Notes: generated by a model from the sequence alone, not told the origin. 64,000 nucleotides of DNA from an uncultured Nitrososphaerota archaeon (GCA_964518475.1 CAZFGR010000003.1:1-64000), one strand, 5' to 3'. Counted from the first letter of the stretch, positions 40,664-51,089 are shown. Made by a program: numbers and translations.

Positions 40664-41281
40664 TTCTGTGAGGTGTCTCTTAAATTGCCAAATCTTACCT
40701 AGAATACCAATAATCTACTAAATAATGTGTTACTATCTTCACGTCAATTTATTTTTAAATTTTCTGTTTAAGGAGAATGTGTGCATTAGTTTATCTTTCT
40801 CGCCATGTTAGATTTCTCAGCTGTTTACCGAACTCTCAAGATCATTACTGGCCTTATAATGGCTCCATATTTTATTCTCAGTAAATTAAGACCCTAAAGT
40901 CGTATTAGATCATTCCGCTCTCATCTTATTTCTCTTTTCATATCTTAAAAGACTAGATAGTTTTTTATTGAGAGAGGAGATGCGTTTTGGCAGTATTTTA
41001 TTCATTTAAGAATGCTTATTCAGAGTAGCATGTAACGTTTAGACAAATCGGTGAATTTGACTACAAGATACGCTGGATGACGACTCCTATTTACTCTCTT
41101 ATCATAGTTCCAAGCTATAATATGGCACAAGTTCACTATTGTAGCAAAGTTAAGGAGTTTCTAAAACCGGAAAAAAGTAAAGAACCATGAGTATATTTTT
41201 TAAGACGTGATTTAACTTTGTATAAAATATTGAAGCCATCTTGAGATTTCTGAGAAAAATTTTGCCATATTTGGTGGTTTA

Positions 41282-43261
41282 ATGAGAAATCGTCATAGCA
41301 TGAGTATTGTTTTATTCTTGATTATTTCAAGTAGTTTACTAATTGCTTTTTCGCCATGGATGCGGGGGCAAGTAACTAAGTTTTTTGAGAGAACGGGAAT
41401 AACAATTACTCTTAAAATAGACTCTGCCTTAGCTACGAACATTAGTAATTATTACGTAGCAATACAAGTGGTTGCCTTCCTTCCAAATGGTACTGAAATA
41501 ACGATTTATAGAGGAGTCGTCAATGATAGCAAAATCGTACTGGATCCAAACAATAGTGAGGCTTTTAGAAAAGTAATCAGAGCATGGGTTCAGCGTTTAA
41601 ACGAGGAATATGATAAAGATCTTGCTGAGATAGCGCTCTTCTTATCGATATGGATAATCAACAAAAACGACCCAAGAGTGTATTATAGAGTCGTACCAGA
41701 GAGGGTAATATTATATAATCCGTTTAGGGTGCTAAAAGAGAGGATAAAATACGATATATCTTTAGGGAGTAGAAACTTGAGAAAATACAAGGCTAATGTC
41801 TCGATAAACCTGTTAACGGACGTGCAATTAAGATCTAACCAAGAAAAGGGGAGGTATGGAGTCAAAACACCAACGTATGTTGTCGGATACGAGTGGGTGC
41901 TGGAGGAGTACTGGCCACAGGATAATGAGTGGAGAGAAATACCAGTAATGATTCTTAATAATTTAGATACGGTAAGTGCTGATATGTTTAGTGAAATTCT
42001 GATTGATAGTCGATACTCAACGAGCTTTGATGTTACTCTTGCTTATGGATTTAAAATACGTGAGTTGGCGCGAAATCGGGAATATGTCAAAATATATTCG
42101 GATGCTCTCGAAGTCCGACTTGGAGGTAGTTCGATCGTTAGAGTTATAGACTTCGTTGAGCATGTTCATCACTTATTGGGGAATCAGCGAAAATACATAT
42201 ATATAATTGGGAAGCCTTTTTATGGGTCATATAAGGAGTACCTGGTTGCATATGATTCTCTAGGAAAAATAATTTACATGGAGCCAACTGGAAACGAAAT
42301 GATAAAAACGTATATCTACGACATTCAGAGTAGTCCAACGGATCCCTCAGATATAGCAGGTGGTGTAAAAGATGGTCTTCCCCCTTTTATGGATCAGTTC
42401 TTTGGGGGCGTGGATGTAAGACAGCTATTCTTGGAGAACGGACCTTTAGCGGATGGAGATCTAGAAGTTGAAGAGAAAGAAAGCTTAATAGACATTATGA
42501 ATCACTTTGATGTCCATAAAGTAGGTTTTAACATAGGTATTCCAGTTGGAGCCTTAATAGCTAGTATTCTCCCAGAATCAATGGCTTTCATGGGCCCAGT
42601 TTTAGCTGGTTTAGTTCTCTCGATACATTATGTTAAGGAAGAAAGCTTGCATGTTAGTGGTTCGATTGAGAATATGGGCAAAACAACTTTTGGTGGTAGG
42701 GATGTTACTGAAGACGTTTACGTGGCTATAAGTAAGTACGTTTATCATGGTTCTATGGGCGAATTTAACGTGCCCACTGGAATATATTTCGTGTTTGATA
42801 CGGAAGACTTGCCTCCGAACACTGGTTGTCCGTTCCTGTATGTTTATACTGAAAATGGTTTTGTTCGTGAGGGATTGCTTGATATTCATTCTAGTAGCGG
42901 ATTTGATGTTACTCGTAATCATACACTATCTAATGAACCAGTTATCGTTGATAGTAAGTATATTTTCAAATTAGTTGAGCATCCAAAAACTATTTCTTAC
43001 ATTGATTATGTTAAGTTATTCGCAGTGCTTGAAAATAGTTCTGTGGTAGAGTTACCGTTGGTCAAGGCGGTTCATAACGTCTATGGAGACGTGTTACCGT
43101 GGTTAATGTTGGATGATGATTTAAGAATTCCGTGTGTGGGAGCTTATCATAGATCATTTGGTAGCCATGAAATCTACCTAGAGTTTGAAGCCTTGAATGG
43201 AGCAAAGGTTCTCTATTTTATCTTCCAGATACAGGGACATAACGCAATCACTAAGGGTTAA
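41282..43261 (+). CDS. large secreted/surface hypothetical protein
   Basis: N-terminal signal peptide; C-terminal GCPFLYV...E....SYIDYVKL domain; internal hydrophobic hairpin. Confidence 0.75.
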   Translation: MRNRHSMSIVLFLIISSSLLIAFSPWMRGQVTKFFERTGITITLKIDSALATNISNYYVAIQVVAFLPNGTEITIYRGVVNDSKIVLDPNNSEAFRKVIRAWVQRLNEEYDKDLAEIALFLSIWIINKNDPRVYYRVVPERVILYNPFRVLKERIKYDISLGSRNLRKYKANVSINLLTDVQLRSNQEKGRYGVKTPTYVVGYEWVLEEYWPQDNEWREIPVMILNNLDTVSADMFSEILIDSRYSTSFDVTLAYGFKIRELARNREYVKIYSDALEVRLGGSSIVRVIDFVEHVHHLLGNQRKYIYIIGKPFYGSYKEYLVAYDSLGKIIYMEPTGNEMIKTYIYDIQSSPTDPSDIAGGVKDGLPPFMDQFFGGVDVRQLFLENGPLADGDLEVEEKESLIDIMNHFDVHKVGFNIGIPVGALIASILPESMAFMGPVLAGLVLSIHYVKEESLHVSGSIENMGKTTFGGRDVTEDVYVAISKYVYHGSMGEFNVPTGIYFVFDTEDLPPNTGCPFLYVYTENGFVREGLLDIHSSSGFDVTRNHTLSNEPVIVDSKYIFKLVEHPKTISYIDYVKLFAVLENSSVVELPLVKAVHNVYGDVLPWLMLDDDLRIPCVGAYHRSFGSHEIYLEFEALNGAKVLYFIFQIQGHNAITKG

Positions 43262-43485
43262 GAAATTAGATTTCTCAGAGCCAGTCTTTAGTAATTCTTT
43301 CCATTTCTTATTTTTCCTTCAATAGGCCTTTAAATTTCTATAAGTGATTATATCTTGATATGACGGGTTTCCGAAGAGATACTGGTTTGCACGTATGGTA
43401 CATGCTTTGAAGGTAATTTTTATGTATGAAAGAAAAACTAATAACCAGATTGGTTCTAACGATATATGGTTACGACTAAGCAACT

Positions 43486-43560
43486 GGGGCCGTGGTCTAG
43501 TGGTAGGACGCCCGGCTCACAACCGGGAGGTCGGCGGTTCGATTCCGCCCGGCCCCACCA
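43486..43560 (+). tRNA. tRNA-Val(CAC), CCA encoded
   Basis: GGGGCCG/CGGCCCC acceptor stem; anticodon arm CCCGG CT CAC AA CCGGG; GGTTCGATTCC. Confidence 0.95.
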
Positions 43561-43628
43561 ACGATAATAATGCTAGGGGAATAAATTTATAATTCGTCCT
43601 AGAAAGTGTATATAACCATGATTTTGTT

Positions 43629-43728
<100 letters not shown>

Positions 43729-43755
43729 TTCAACTTCTCTTCTCTGGTGTTTTCT

Positions 43756-44121
43756 TTGGTTGTTCATGAAAAGACTCGATGGGTTTTCTTTGAAGTGATT
43801 GGAGATCCTATTGAAGAGAGTGAGTTGAGACAAGGGCTTAGAAGGATCCTTTTTGAATTGTTTGGTACTTTTGGTGCTTCTCAAGTGTATTTTAGGATAG
43901 TGGAGTATGATCCAGAAAAGGGTGTGGGTATATTAAAAGTGAATTTAGAAGGGCTCCCGTTGTTGCGTGTTGCCTTATTTTTTCTTAAGAGTATAGGGCC
44001 TAAGCGTATAATTATCAATGACTTATTAGTTAGCGGGACTATTGCTGCTCTGCGTAGAAAAATTCCTCGGGTAAGGACTTGGCGAGAGTATCAGTCTATG
44101 GCGAATAAACGGGGGATTTAG
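43756..44121 (+). CDS. rnp2: RNase P protein Pop5/Rpp14
   Basis: KTRWVFFEV, LFG.FG, GILKV, VSGTIAAL; TTG start after GGTG (ORF-track start lies inside the tRNA). Confidence 0.88.
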   Translation: MVVHEKTRWVFFEVIGDPIEESELRQGLRRILFELFGTFGASQVYFRIVEYDPEKGVGILKVNLEGLPLLRVALFFLKSIGPKRIIINDLLVSGTIAALRRKIPRVRTWREYQSMANKRGI

Positions 44122-44211
44122 TGCCATTTTTATAGATTTCCTTTTAGGTATTTTTATTTCGCTAATGATTATCAAGTAGGGTTAGCATTACTATTAGTGG
44201 TGGTGTGTTTC

Positions 44212-45168
44212 ATGAATAATGAATTGCAGGGCCATGGGTACGTTAAGTACATTATTCATGCTAATATGTTCGTGGAGGGTGTTGTGGAAAAACATGATAT
44301 TATAGGTGCTATCTTTGGGCAATTGGATGGATTATTACCAAGCTCTATGGATCTGCAAGAATTGCAGAGAATAGGAAAAATCGACAGGATTAATGTCCGG
44401 GTATCTCATAAAGATGGACGTACTTATGCTCAGATCACTATTCCATGCAATATGACTAAATTAGAAGTAGCTATTTTAGCAGCAGCATTGGAGACTATTG
44501 ATAGAGTTGGACCTAGCAAAGCTGAGACGAAATTAGTAAAGATAGAGGATGTTAGGAAAGTGAAGAGGGAGGCGATTGTTAAGAGAGCGGCGGAGATACT
44601 GAGGATTTGGGACGATTTAGTATCACCTAGTAATGCGGATATTGCTAAGAGGGTGGAGGAAGAGGCTAGGAAGCATAAGCTTATTTATATTGGACCGGAG
44701 AAATTACCTGCTGGGCCTGCCGTTAAAACCAGCGATGAAGTGATAATTGTAGAGGGACGTGCTGATGTTATAAATCTACTAAAACACGGTTTTGACAATG
44801 CTATAGCGGTAGAAGGTACGAAAATTCCGCAAACCATAATTGATCTTTCGAGAAAGAAAATAACTACAGCTTTCGTGGATGGTGATCGTAGCGGATTATT
44901 GATCTTGAAGGAATTGCTGCAAGTGGCTGATATAGACTACATAGCACGAGCTCCCAAAGGCAAGGAAGTTCAACATTTATCATTAAAAGAAATAAAGAGA
45001 GCTCTTTCTCGCAGAGTTCCAGTAAATAATTTAAGGATCACGGTAGAGATGGCTGCGGAGGACTTAGAGAGAATTCTCGAAAAAACAATCAACAATAAAC
45101 AAACTAGCAATAGTGATAAACCTGCTGGGGGAGGACAAGTTGAAAAAACCATGGACAGAGATTCGTAA
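44212..45168 (+). CDS. dnaG: archaeal DnaG (exosome-associated, Toprim), short C-terminus
   Basis: KYIIHA, GVVEKHDIIGAIFGQ, IIVEGRADV, AFVDGDRSG. Confidence 0.94.
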   Translation: MNNELQGHGYVKYIIHANMFVEGVVEKHDIIGAIFGQLDGLLPSSMDLQELQRIGKIDRINVRVSHKDGRTYAQITIPCNMTKLEVAILAAALETIDRVGPSKAETKLVKIEDVRKVKREAIVKRAAEILRIWDDLVSPSNADIAKRVEEEARKHKLIYIGPEKLPAGPAVKTSDEVIIVEGRADVINLLKHGFDNAIAVEGTKIPQTIIDLSRKKITTAFVDGDRSGLLILKELLQVADIDYIARAPKGKEVQHLSLKEIKRALSRRVPVNNLRITVEMAAEDLERILEKTINNKQTSNSDKPAGGGQVEKTMDRDS

Positions 45169-45433
45169 AAAATTGCACGAGAAACCAGACATTAGAATAG
45201 GAAAAATGGGAATCACAGAAGGGGTTATATTAGAAGCTAAGCGTCTTCTCAAGAATAAAGGCGTGATAAAAGTTAAAGTTCTCAAAAATATTGCAGCAAC
45301 GAAGAAAGAGGCTAAAGAACTAATAGAAAAACTCGCTGAGGAAGCAGGCGCAGAAATAGGAAAAATTATAGGTAAAACAGCAATATTATATCGAAGCGAT
45401 TATCTGAAACAAAATGTTTCTGAGAGAAGTTGA
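45140..45433 (+). CDS. yhbY: YhbY/CRM RNA-binding protein
   Basis: IRIGKMGIT, IKVKVL, IGKTAILYR. Confidence 0.88.
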   Translation: MKKPWTEIRKKLHEKPDIRIGKMGITEGVILEAKRLLKNKGVIKVKVLKNIAATKKEAKELIEKLAEEAGAEIGKIIGKTAILYRSDYLKQNVSERS

Positions 45434-45434
45434 A

Positions 45435-45512
<78 letters not shown>

Positions 45513-45616
45513 AAGAAATCCATAGAAACACTTCAAAACTTCACTTCATGACTATGATACATGCTAAGAAAAATTTTTGAATAATTCTATCATCATCACT
45601 TTCTTTGAATACTCAT

Positions 45617-45742
45617 GCCGGGGTTGCCGAGCTGGTACGGCGCCGACCGCGCCACCCCCGCAGAGGGGGTTGGGCGCGGGCGCATGCCTGCTAAGCCGGT
45701 GGCGATTACGCCTCGCGGGTTCAAATCCCGCCCCCGGCACCA
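45617..45742 (+). tRNA. tRNA-Ser(GCT) with 40-nt intron at non-canonical position 29/30 (45646..45685)
   Basis: Spliced anticodon arm CCG^GC CT GCT AA GCCGG; long variable arm GGCG-ATTA-CGCC; BHB central helix GCGC/GCGC; acceptor GCCGGGG/CCCCGGC, then A and CCA. Confidence 0.88.
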
Positions 45743-45840
45743 TCTCCTTTTCAAGTCTCTACTTTGAGATAAATATATTTATATTTCGTTTCTTAATTTG
45801 GTTCAATTACTAATTAACGAGTGGTGCTAGGGAGGTATCA

Positions 45841-46296
45841 ATGGCTAGAATGTATGCTCGTAAAAGAGGTAAATCGAGTTCAAAGAGGTTGTATAGAGAC
45901 AAACCACCAGAATGGGTTATGCTTTCAGCGGAGGAAGTTGAGCAGAAAATTGTAGAGTTAGCTCGTAAAGGTTATAGCGCAGCGATGATCGGTATTATTC
46001 TAAGAGATCAGTATGGAATTCCTAATGTAAGACAGATACTTGGTAAAAAAATCTCGAAAGTTTTAGAGGAGCATGGTCTGCTTCCTTCTATACCCGAAGA
46101 TCTTAACAATCTCATTCGGAAAGCTGTTAGGCTTAGAAGACATCTCAGTGTTCATAGAAAAGATTATCACAACAAGAGAGCACTGCACTTAATCGAGAGT
46201 AAGATTAAGAGACTAGTTAAATATTATAAGAGAATAGGGAGATTGCCGGAAGACTGGAACTATGAGAAGTACATCCAAACAATTGGTGGGGCATAA
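45841..46296 (+). CDS. rps15: 30S ribosomal protein S15 (uS15)
   Basis: MARMY...[29 protein letters not shown]. Confidence 0.97.
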   Translation: MARMYARKRGKSSSKRLYRDKPPEWVMLSAEEVEQKIVELARKGYSAAMIGIILRDQYGIPNVRQILGKKISKVLEEHGLLPSIPEDLNNLIRKAVRLRRHLSVHRKDYHNKRALHLIESKIKRLVKYYKRIGRLPEDWNYEKYIQTIGGA

Positions 46297-46385
46297 TTTT
46301 TTATCCTAATATACAATACTGGTAATGTTTTCTGGAAACTTTTGTTATTTTTAAAAATGTTAAACCTATTTCTGAGGAGGGTGTG

Positions 46386-47609
46386 ATGATGTCTAATTTC
46401 GTATTCCATCCGCTTCGAAAAGATCCTGTCGAAAACCTACCTGTTGAAATTGTAGAAAGAAAGGGGTTGGGGCATCCAGATACTATTTGTGATGGTGTTG
46501 TCGAACGAGTAGCCATTTATCTTACCCAATACTACTCAGAACACTTTGGTTTTCCTCTACACTTCAATGTAGATAAAGCAGTTCTAGTTGGGGGACGGGC
46601 TTTACCCCGCTTTGGTGGAGGAGAAGTTCTGGAGCCAATAATTATTCATATCGTTGGTAGGGCTACTACTAGTGTTAAGAGAGAGTCAGGTCAAGAAGAG
46701 GCAGTACCAATAGGGCCTTTGGTACTTAAGGCTGTGCATGATTACATAGGAGATAACTTCAGGTATCTTGACCCTATACAACACATCGTTGTTCAATATT
46801 CTATTAGACCAGGAAGCGTGGATTTAGTAAAGGTTTATGAGAAAATAAGGAAGACGGGGGTTCCACCCGCCAACGATACTTCGATAGGAGTGGGTTTCGC
46901 ACCTTTGACAGATACCGAGCGTATATGCCTCGAAGTAGAGCAGTTTCTGAATTCTCCTGAAACTAAAAAGAAATATCCAGCTGTTGGAGAAGACATTAAA
47001 GTAATGTGTGTGAGAATGCATAATAAGATAAGAGTCACTCTAGCAATGGCTACTGTTTCTAAAGAAGTTAATAGTATGAGTGAATATTTAGCATTAAAAG
47101 AGCAGATCCGTGAAATTTTACTGGATCGAATTTCAAATATGACCGAAAGGGAAGTTGAGCTCTATGTAAATATGGCGGACGATCCAGAAAATGGAATAGC
47201 ATACATAACGGTTACTGGTACTTCAGCAGAAGCAGGAGATGATGGCCAGGTAGGTAGAGGAAATAGGGCTAACGGGTTAATTACCCCTATGAGACCCATG
47301 AGTATCGAAGCAGCAGCTGGCAAAAACGCGGTTAGTCATGTAGGAAAAATCTACCAAATTGCCGCTAGAACCGCGGCTGAGAAAATCTATAAGGAAGTAG
47401 GTGGGTTGAAAGAGGTTTATGTAATGCTTGTAAGCACTATAGGCCAACCTATAACGGAACCTCAAATAGTTAATATTCAATATCTTCCAGAAGAGGGAGT
47501 AAATAAGGGTGACATCGAGCAGGATATGAAAGGTATCATAGAGGAAGTATTAAACGATCTACCGAATCTATGGAAACACTTCATTAGGGGGGAAATTAAA
47601 GTATACTAA
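46386..47609 (+). CDS. mat: archaeal methionine adenosyltransferase (SAM synthetase)
   Basis: [39 protein letters not shown]. Confidence 0.96.
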   Translation: MMSNFVFHPLRKDPVENLPVEIVERKGLGHPDTICDGVVERVAIYLTQYYSEHFGFPLHFNVDKAVLVGGRALPRFGGGEVLEPIIIHIVGRATTSVKRESGQEEAVPIGPLVLKAVHDYIGDNFRYLDPIQHIVVQYSIRPGSVDLVKVYEKIRKTGVPPANDTSIGVGFAPLTDTERICLEVEQFLNSPETKKKYPAVGEDIKVMCVRMHNKIRVTLAMATVSKEVNSMSEYLALKEQIREILLDRISNMTEREVELYVNMADDPENGIAYITVTGTSAEAGDDGQVGRGNRANGLITPMRPMSIEAAAGKNAVSHVGKIYQIAARTAAEKIYKEVGGLKEVYVMLVSTIGQPITEPQIVNIQYLPEEGVNKGDIEQDMKGIIEEVLNDLPNLWKHFIRGEIKVY

Positions 47610-47624
47610 GGGAGGATAAAATAA

Positions 47625-48728
47625 GTGAATGAGGATATTTTTGAAAAGCTTTTTTCTCTTCATCATTCTTTAGGAACTAGAATTTCTACCTACGATCTTA
47701 AAATTTCAACAAATATTCAGTCCGAAAGCGTTATTGGTGGAACTTTTGACAGATTACATCCTGGACATGAGTCATTGATCTCTAGTGCGTTAAACGTATC
47801 AAATAAAGTACATATCGGCGTTATGAGCGATGAGGGAGTTAAGAAATGGGGACGAAAAATTGAAGGAGACAAAATTCATGACTTTATCACTCGTGTCACA
47901 AAGCTAGAGATTTTCCTAGCAAAATATGGTGAGAGATCCAGAGTAAAAATAATTGAGATACACGATCCATTTAGTTACGCTATTGAGTCAGAAGCAGCTC
48001 AAAAACTAGACGCTATAATAGTATCCGAAGAAACAATCGTGCTCGAAAGAGCTAGAGAATTAAACACTATGAGAGAGAAAAGAGGACTAAGAAGGCTGGT
48101 TCTCTTCAAGTATCCATTAGTAGTAGATGAGAATGGAGTCCCTTTCTCTTCTGGTAGGCTTAGAAAAGGAGAAAAAATACTGAATATTACCTTACCAACA
48201 TTTAGGTTGATGGGAAAAGAGATTATAAATGAAGTGAAAAAGCCTAAGGGAGAACTAGTAAATTCTCCGAAAGACTTACCTGAACCGCCTAGAATAGTTA
48301 TCGCTATTGGAGATATCGTGGTTCAAAATTTGATTAAAAATAATTACCCAATAAGCATTGCGGTAATTGATAAACGAAGCAGAAGAACGTCTTTAATAAA
48401 TTATTATCTCTATAAGAAATATGAAAAGGAAATAGAAGAAGTTCAATTACCTATTTACCTTCCAGCCTTAAACCCTCCTGGAACAATTACTAATGATTCA
48501 TGGGAGAAATTCTATATTGCTCTCCTTCAAGAAAACCCCGTCGTAATAAGGGTGTATGGAGAAGAAGACTTGTTCGGTTTCCCAGCAACAATCATAGCTC
48601 CTAACGAAAGTTTAGTAATCTATGGTCAACCTCCGCCAGAGGATAAATTAGTCTATTTTTTTGTTGATGATAGTCATAGACAGGCAGCAATTGAATTATT
48701 AATGCGCATGAAAGTAAACTTTCCTTAA
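47625..48728 (+). CDS. coaD: fused phosphopantetheine adenylyltransferase and GTP-dependent dephospho-CoA kinase (DUF359)
   Basis: GGTFDRLHPGH, IIVSEET, SSG in N-half; IGDIV, D.RSRR, NPPGTIT, GEEDL, YGQP in C-half. Confidence 0.88.
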   Translation: MNEDIFEKLFSLHHSLGTRISTYDLKISTNIQSESVIGGTFDRLHPGHESLISSALNVSNKVHIGVMSDEGVKKWGRKIEGDKIHDFITRVTKLEIFLAKYGERSRVKIIEIHDPFSYAIESEAAQKLDAIIVSEETIVLERARELNTMREKRGLRRLVLFKYPLVVDENGVPFSSGRLRKGEKILNITLPTFRLMGKEIINEVKKPKGELVNSPKDLPEPPRIVIAIGDIVVQNLIKNNYPISIAVIDKRSRRTSLINYYLYKKYEKEIEEVQLPIYLPALNPPGTITNDSWEKFYIALLQENPVVIRVYGEEDLFGFPATIIAPNESLVIYGQPPPEDKLVYFFVDDSHRQAAIELLMRMKVNFP

Positions 48729-48857
48729 AAGATCTAATTTAAATTAAACTATGCTTTAGTAAAACCAAATCTTCAGATATTTTAGCATGACAGAATATTA
48801 AACATGCCCATTAAAGTCGTACTAAACCGTATATTAAAATTTAGATGAGGTGAGAAT

Positions 48858-49589
48858 ATGGCTGAGACAAAACCTTCCTCCTCGTTCAATCCTAAAAACG
48901 ATTATAGACTAGCAATGGCTGTTTATGCTATTGATGTATTGGATTCCTTAGCTCGAGACGGTAAAATACCTGGAATTAGAAAGCAAGAAGCTATAGAGTT
49001 GTTAGAGAAGATTTCCTCCTGCGTAAATAAAATGAGAGAATCAACAATGTCTAAACACATGTTATTAATAAGTAATCTGTTCCGTGGTTTCAATAATCTC
49101 TTATCGACTTTTATATCCAGACTGGGGGTAAATTGGTATCGAGTAGCGAAGATGAAAGATGACTATACAGCGAAATTGTTAAGGTTTGCAATATTCAACT
49201 TACGCTCTCTAGGTACTAGGTTAAAGAAATTTCCAGATAATAGTCCAGTGGGTACAGTTAAGATAAGTTATGTGCGTGTTCTTCAGGTAAAGCCCCATCC
49301 TAAAGATCCTAAGTACAAAATCGCTAAAGTTACGGATATGGAAATGATTTATGAAGTAGTTACAGATGCTGACATAGAGGAAAAAAGTGTTGTACTATTT
49401 GCACATACGCCTCCACTCAGAGTAAAGGGAGCTGTCTCGGAGGGCATAATACTAAAAGATGATGAAGGAAAAGTAATAACTGGATCCGATGAAGATATTG
49501 GACAAACACCAACAGAATTACCAGAAAACGCCAAAAAGCAAATTGAAGAAATCGTGATTAAGTTATTAGAAGAGGAATTTCTAATTTAA
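48858..49589 (+). CDS. tRNA-binding (EMAP/OB-fold) domain protein
   Basis: DYRL.MA N-terminal helical domain plus V.PHP...VVT...PP....G.VSEG OB fold. Confidence 0.78.
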   Translation: MAETKPSSSFNPKNDYRLAMAVYAIDVLDSLARDGKIPGIRKQEAIELLEKISSCVNKMRESTMSKHMLLISNLFRGFNNLLSTFISRLGVNWYRVAKMKDDYTAKLLRFAIFNLRSLGTRLKKFPDNSPVGTVKISYVRVLQVKPHPKDPKYKIAKVTDMEMIYEVVTDADIEEKSVVLFAHTPPLRVKGAVSEGIILKDDEGKVITGSDEDIGQTPTELPENAKKQIEEIVIKLLEEEFLI

Positions 49590-49724
49590 AATTCCACCAA
49601 AAAGCATTTTAGTTTAGTAATATTAGATTTCGACAAATACTTTAATGCACACTGATGATAGCCTCCTCTTTCCTCTGATGATAATAACTTTATCACGCAA
49701 CTATTCCTAGGAGGAGCGTAGAAA

Positions 49725-50240
49725 ATGGTTTCTCGTGGATTACTCATAGGTAGATTCCAGCCCTTTCATAAAGGGCATCTTTGGGCGGTTCGGGAGATTC
49801 TTAATAGAGAAGACGAGATAATAATAGGTATTGGCTCAGCACAGGATAGCTATTCAATAGAAAATCCACTCACGGCGGGGGAACGCGTCGAAATTGTAAG
49901 AGAAGTTTTAAAAAATTTAGGTGTCTTGGATAGAGCTGTAATTATCCCTATTCCAGATATAAACGAAAACTTAGCATGGCCAGGGAGAGTAATTGAGCTG
50001 ACACCTAGATTTGATCGCGTATATTCTGGTAATGAACTAGTGCTCATGTTATTTGAACGCTTTGGAATAGAAACTGTGAAATTGGAACATATTAATAGAG
50101 ACATTTACCAGGGAAGGGTTATAAGGGAATTAATTGTAAAAGGAGAGCCTTGGGAGCATCTCGTGCCAGAGAGTATCATTCCTTTGCTTAAGAAGTTTGG
50201 GTTCGAAGAGAGAATCCGTCGTTTAGCGGCTAGGAGGTGA
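49725..50240 (+). CDS. nadM: nicotinamide-nucleotide adenylyltransferase
   Basis: GRFQPFHKGH, GSAQ, NPLTAGER. Confidence 0.94.
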   Translation: MVSRGLLIGRFQPFHKGHLWAVREILNREDEIIIGIGSAQDSYSIENPLTAGERVEIVREVLKNLGVLDRAVIIPIPDINENLAWPGRVIELTPRFDRVYSGNELVLMLFERFGIETVKLEHINRDIYQGRVIRELIVKGEPWEHLVPESIIPLLKKFGFEERIRRLAARR

Positions 50241-50246
50241 AATTTT

Positions 50247-51089
50247 GTGGAAATTAAGTTAATAGCGAGACCTAACAAGCTTTATGTAGAATTTTTCATG
50301 AATGATGTAGAAGTTCACATCCTCAATGCTTTACGAAGAGCAATACTAACAGAGATACCCGTTCTCGCAATCCATGACGTCTTTGTTCATCTTAATACTA
50401 GTGCTCTATATGACGAAGAGCTTGCTCATAGATTAGCTCTTATACCACTTAAAGTGGACAAGAACGAATTAAATATTTTAGAGGATTGTGCTGATCTCGA
50501 GGGAGCATCTTTAGAAAAGTTAATAGAGTGCACTGCACGTTTAAGACTGCATAAGAAAGGTGAAGAAGGAAAAATAATAACAGTATATTCTGGAGATCTA
50601 GAGCCAATTGATAGAAAAAGTGTGAGACCAGTATATGATAACATTCCTATTGTTAAACTAGGACCAGGACAAGAAATAGAGCTTGAAGCGATAGCTAAAG
50701 TGGGTAAAGGAAAAGATCATGCAAAATGGATCCCTGTTTCTACTTTAGGATATAAACCAATACCAATATTAATCGCCACAGATGTCTGCGATGGATGTGG
50801 CAAATGTATCGAGGCATGCCCTAAAAACATACTAAAATTAAATGGTAGACCGCATTTAGAGGGAATAGGACTTTATCTGTGCGACTTAGACCGCATCTGC
50901 GTTAGAGCTTGCCCGAAAAGAGCATTGAAGCTAGAACCATCGGATTCTCAATACATCTTCCGGTTAGAAAGCGTGGGTCAATATACTCCAGAGGAAATAA
51001 TTCTGAGTGCATTAGATATTCTTGATAAAAAATTCCTTAAATTCTTTAATGAGCTAAAGAAAGAAGTTTCAAAATTCAGAAAAGAATGA
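50247..51089 (+). CDS. rpo3: RNA polymerase subunit Rpo3 (RpoD) with ferredoxin-like insert
   Basis: NALRR, NTS.LYDE.LAHRL.LIPL, PIVKL, HAKW, ESVG. Confidence 0.95.
   Translation: MEIKLIARPNKLYVEFFMNDVEVHILNALRRAILTEIPVLAIHDVFVHLNTSALYDEELAHRLALIPLKVDKNELNILEDCADLEGASLEKLIECTARLRLHKKGEEGKIITVYSGDLEPIDRKSVRPVYDNIPIVKLGPGQEIELEAIAKVGKGKDHAKWIPVSTLGYKPIPILIATDVCDGCGKCIEACPKNILKLNGRPHLEGIGLYLCDLDRICVRACPKRALKLEPSDSQYIFRLESVGQYTPEEIILSALDILDKKFLKFFNELKKEVSKFRKE

Noticed and set aside
43486-43560. tRNA-Val(CAC) anticodon arm resembling Met/Ile(CAT) tRNAs (possible editing)
   Set aside because: D-arm, CT-CAC-AA loop and A73 are normal for archaeal tRNA-Val
45577-45813. 78-aa ORF; also the 43395..43592 and 43573..43884 ORFs and the N-terminal extension of 43681..44121
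   Set aside because: These run through tRNA genes and are artefacts of GC-rich tRNA sequence
49652-49700. CTGATGA...CTGATGATAA, a C/D-like motif upstream of nadM
   Set aside because: Only one C and one D-like box pair; no complete four-box layout or recognisable target
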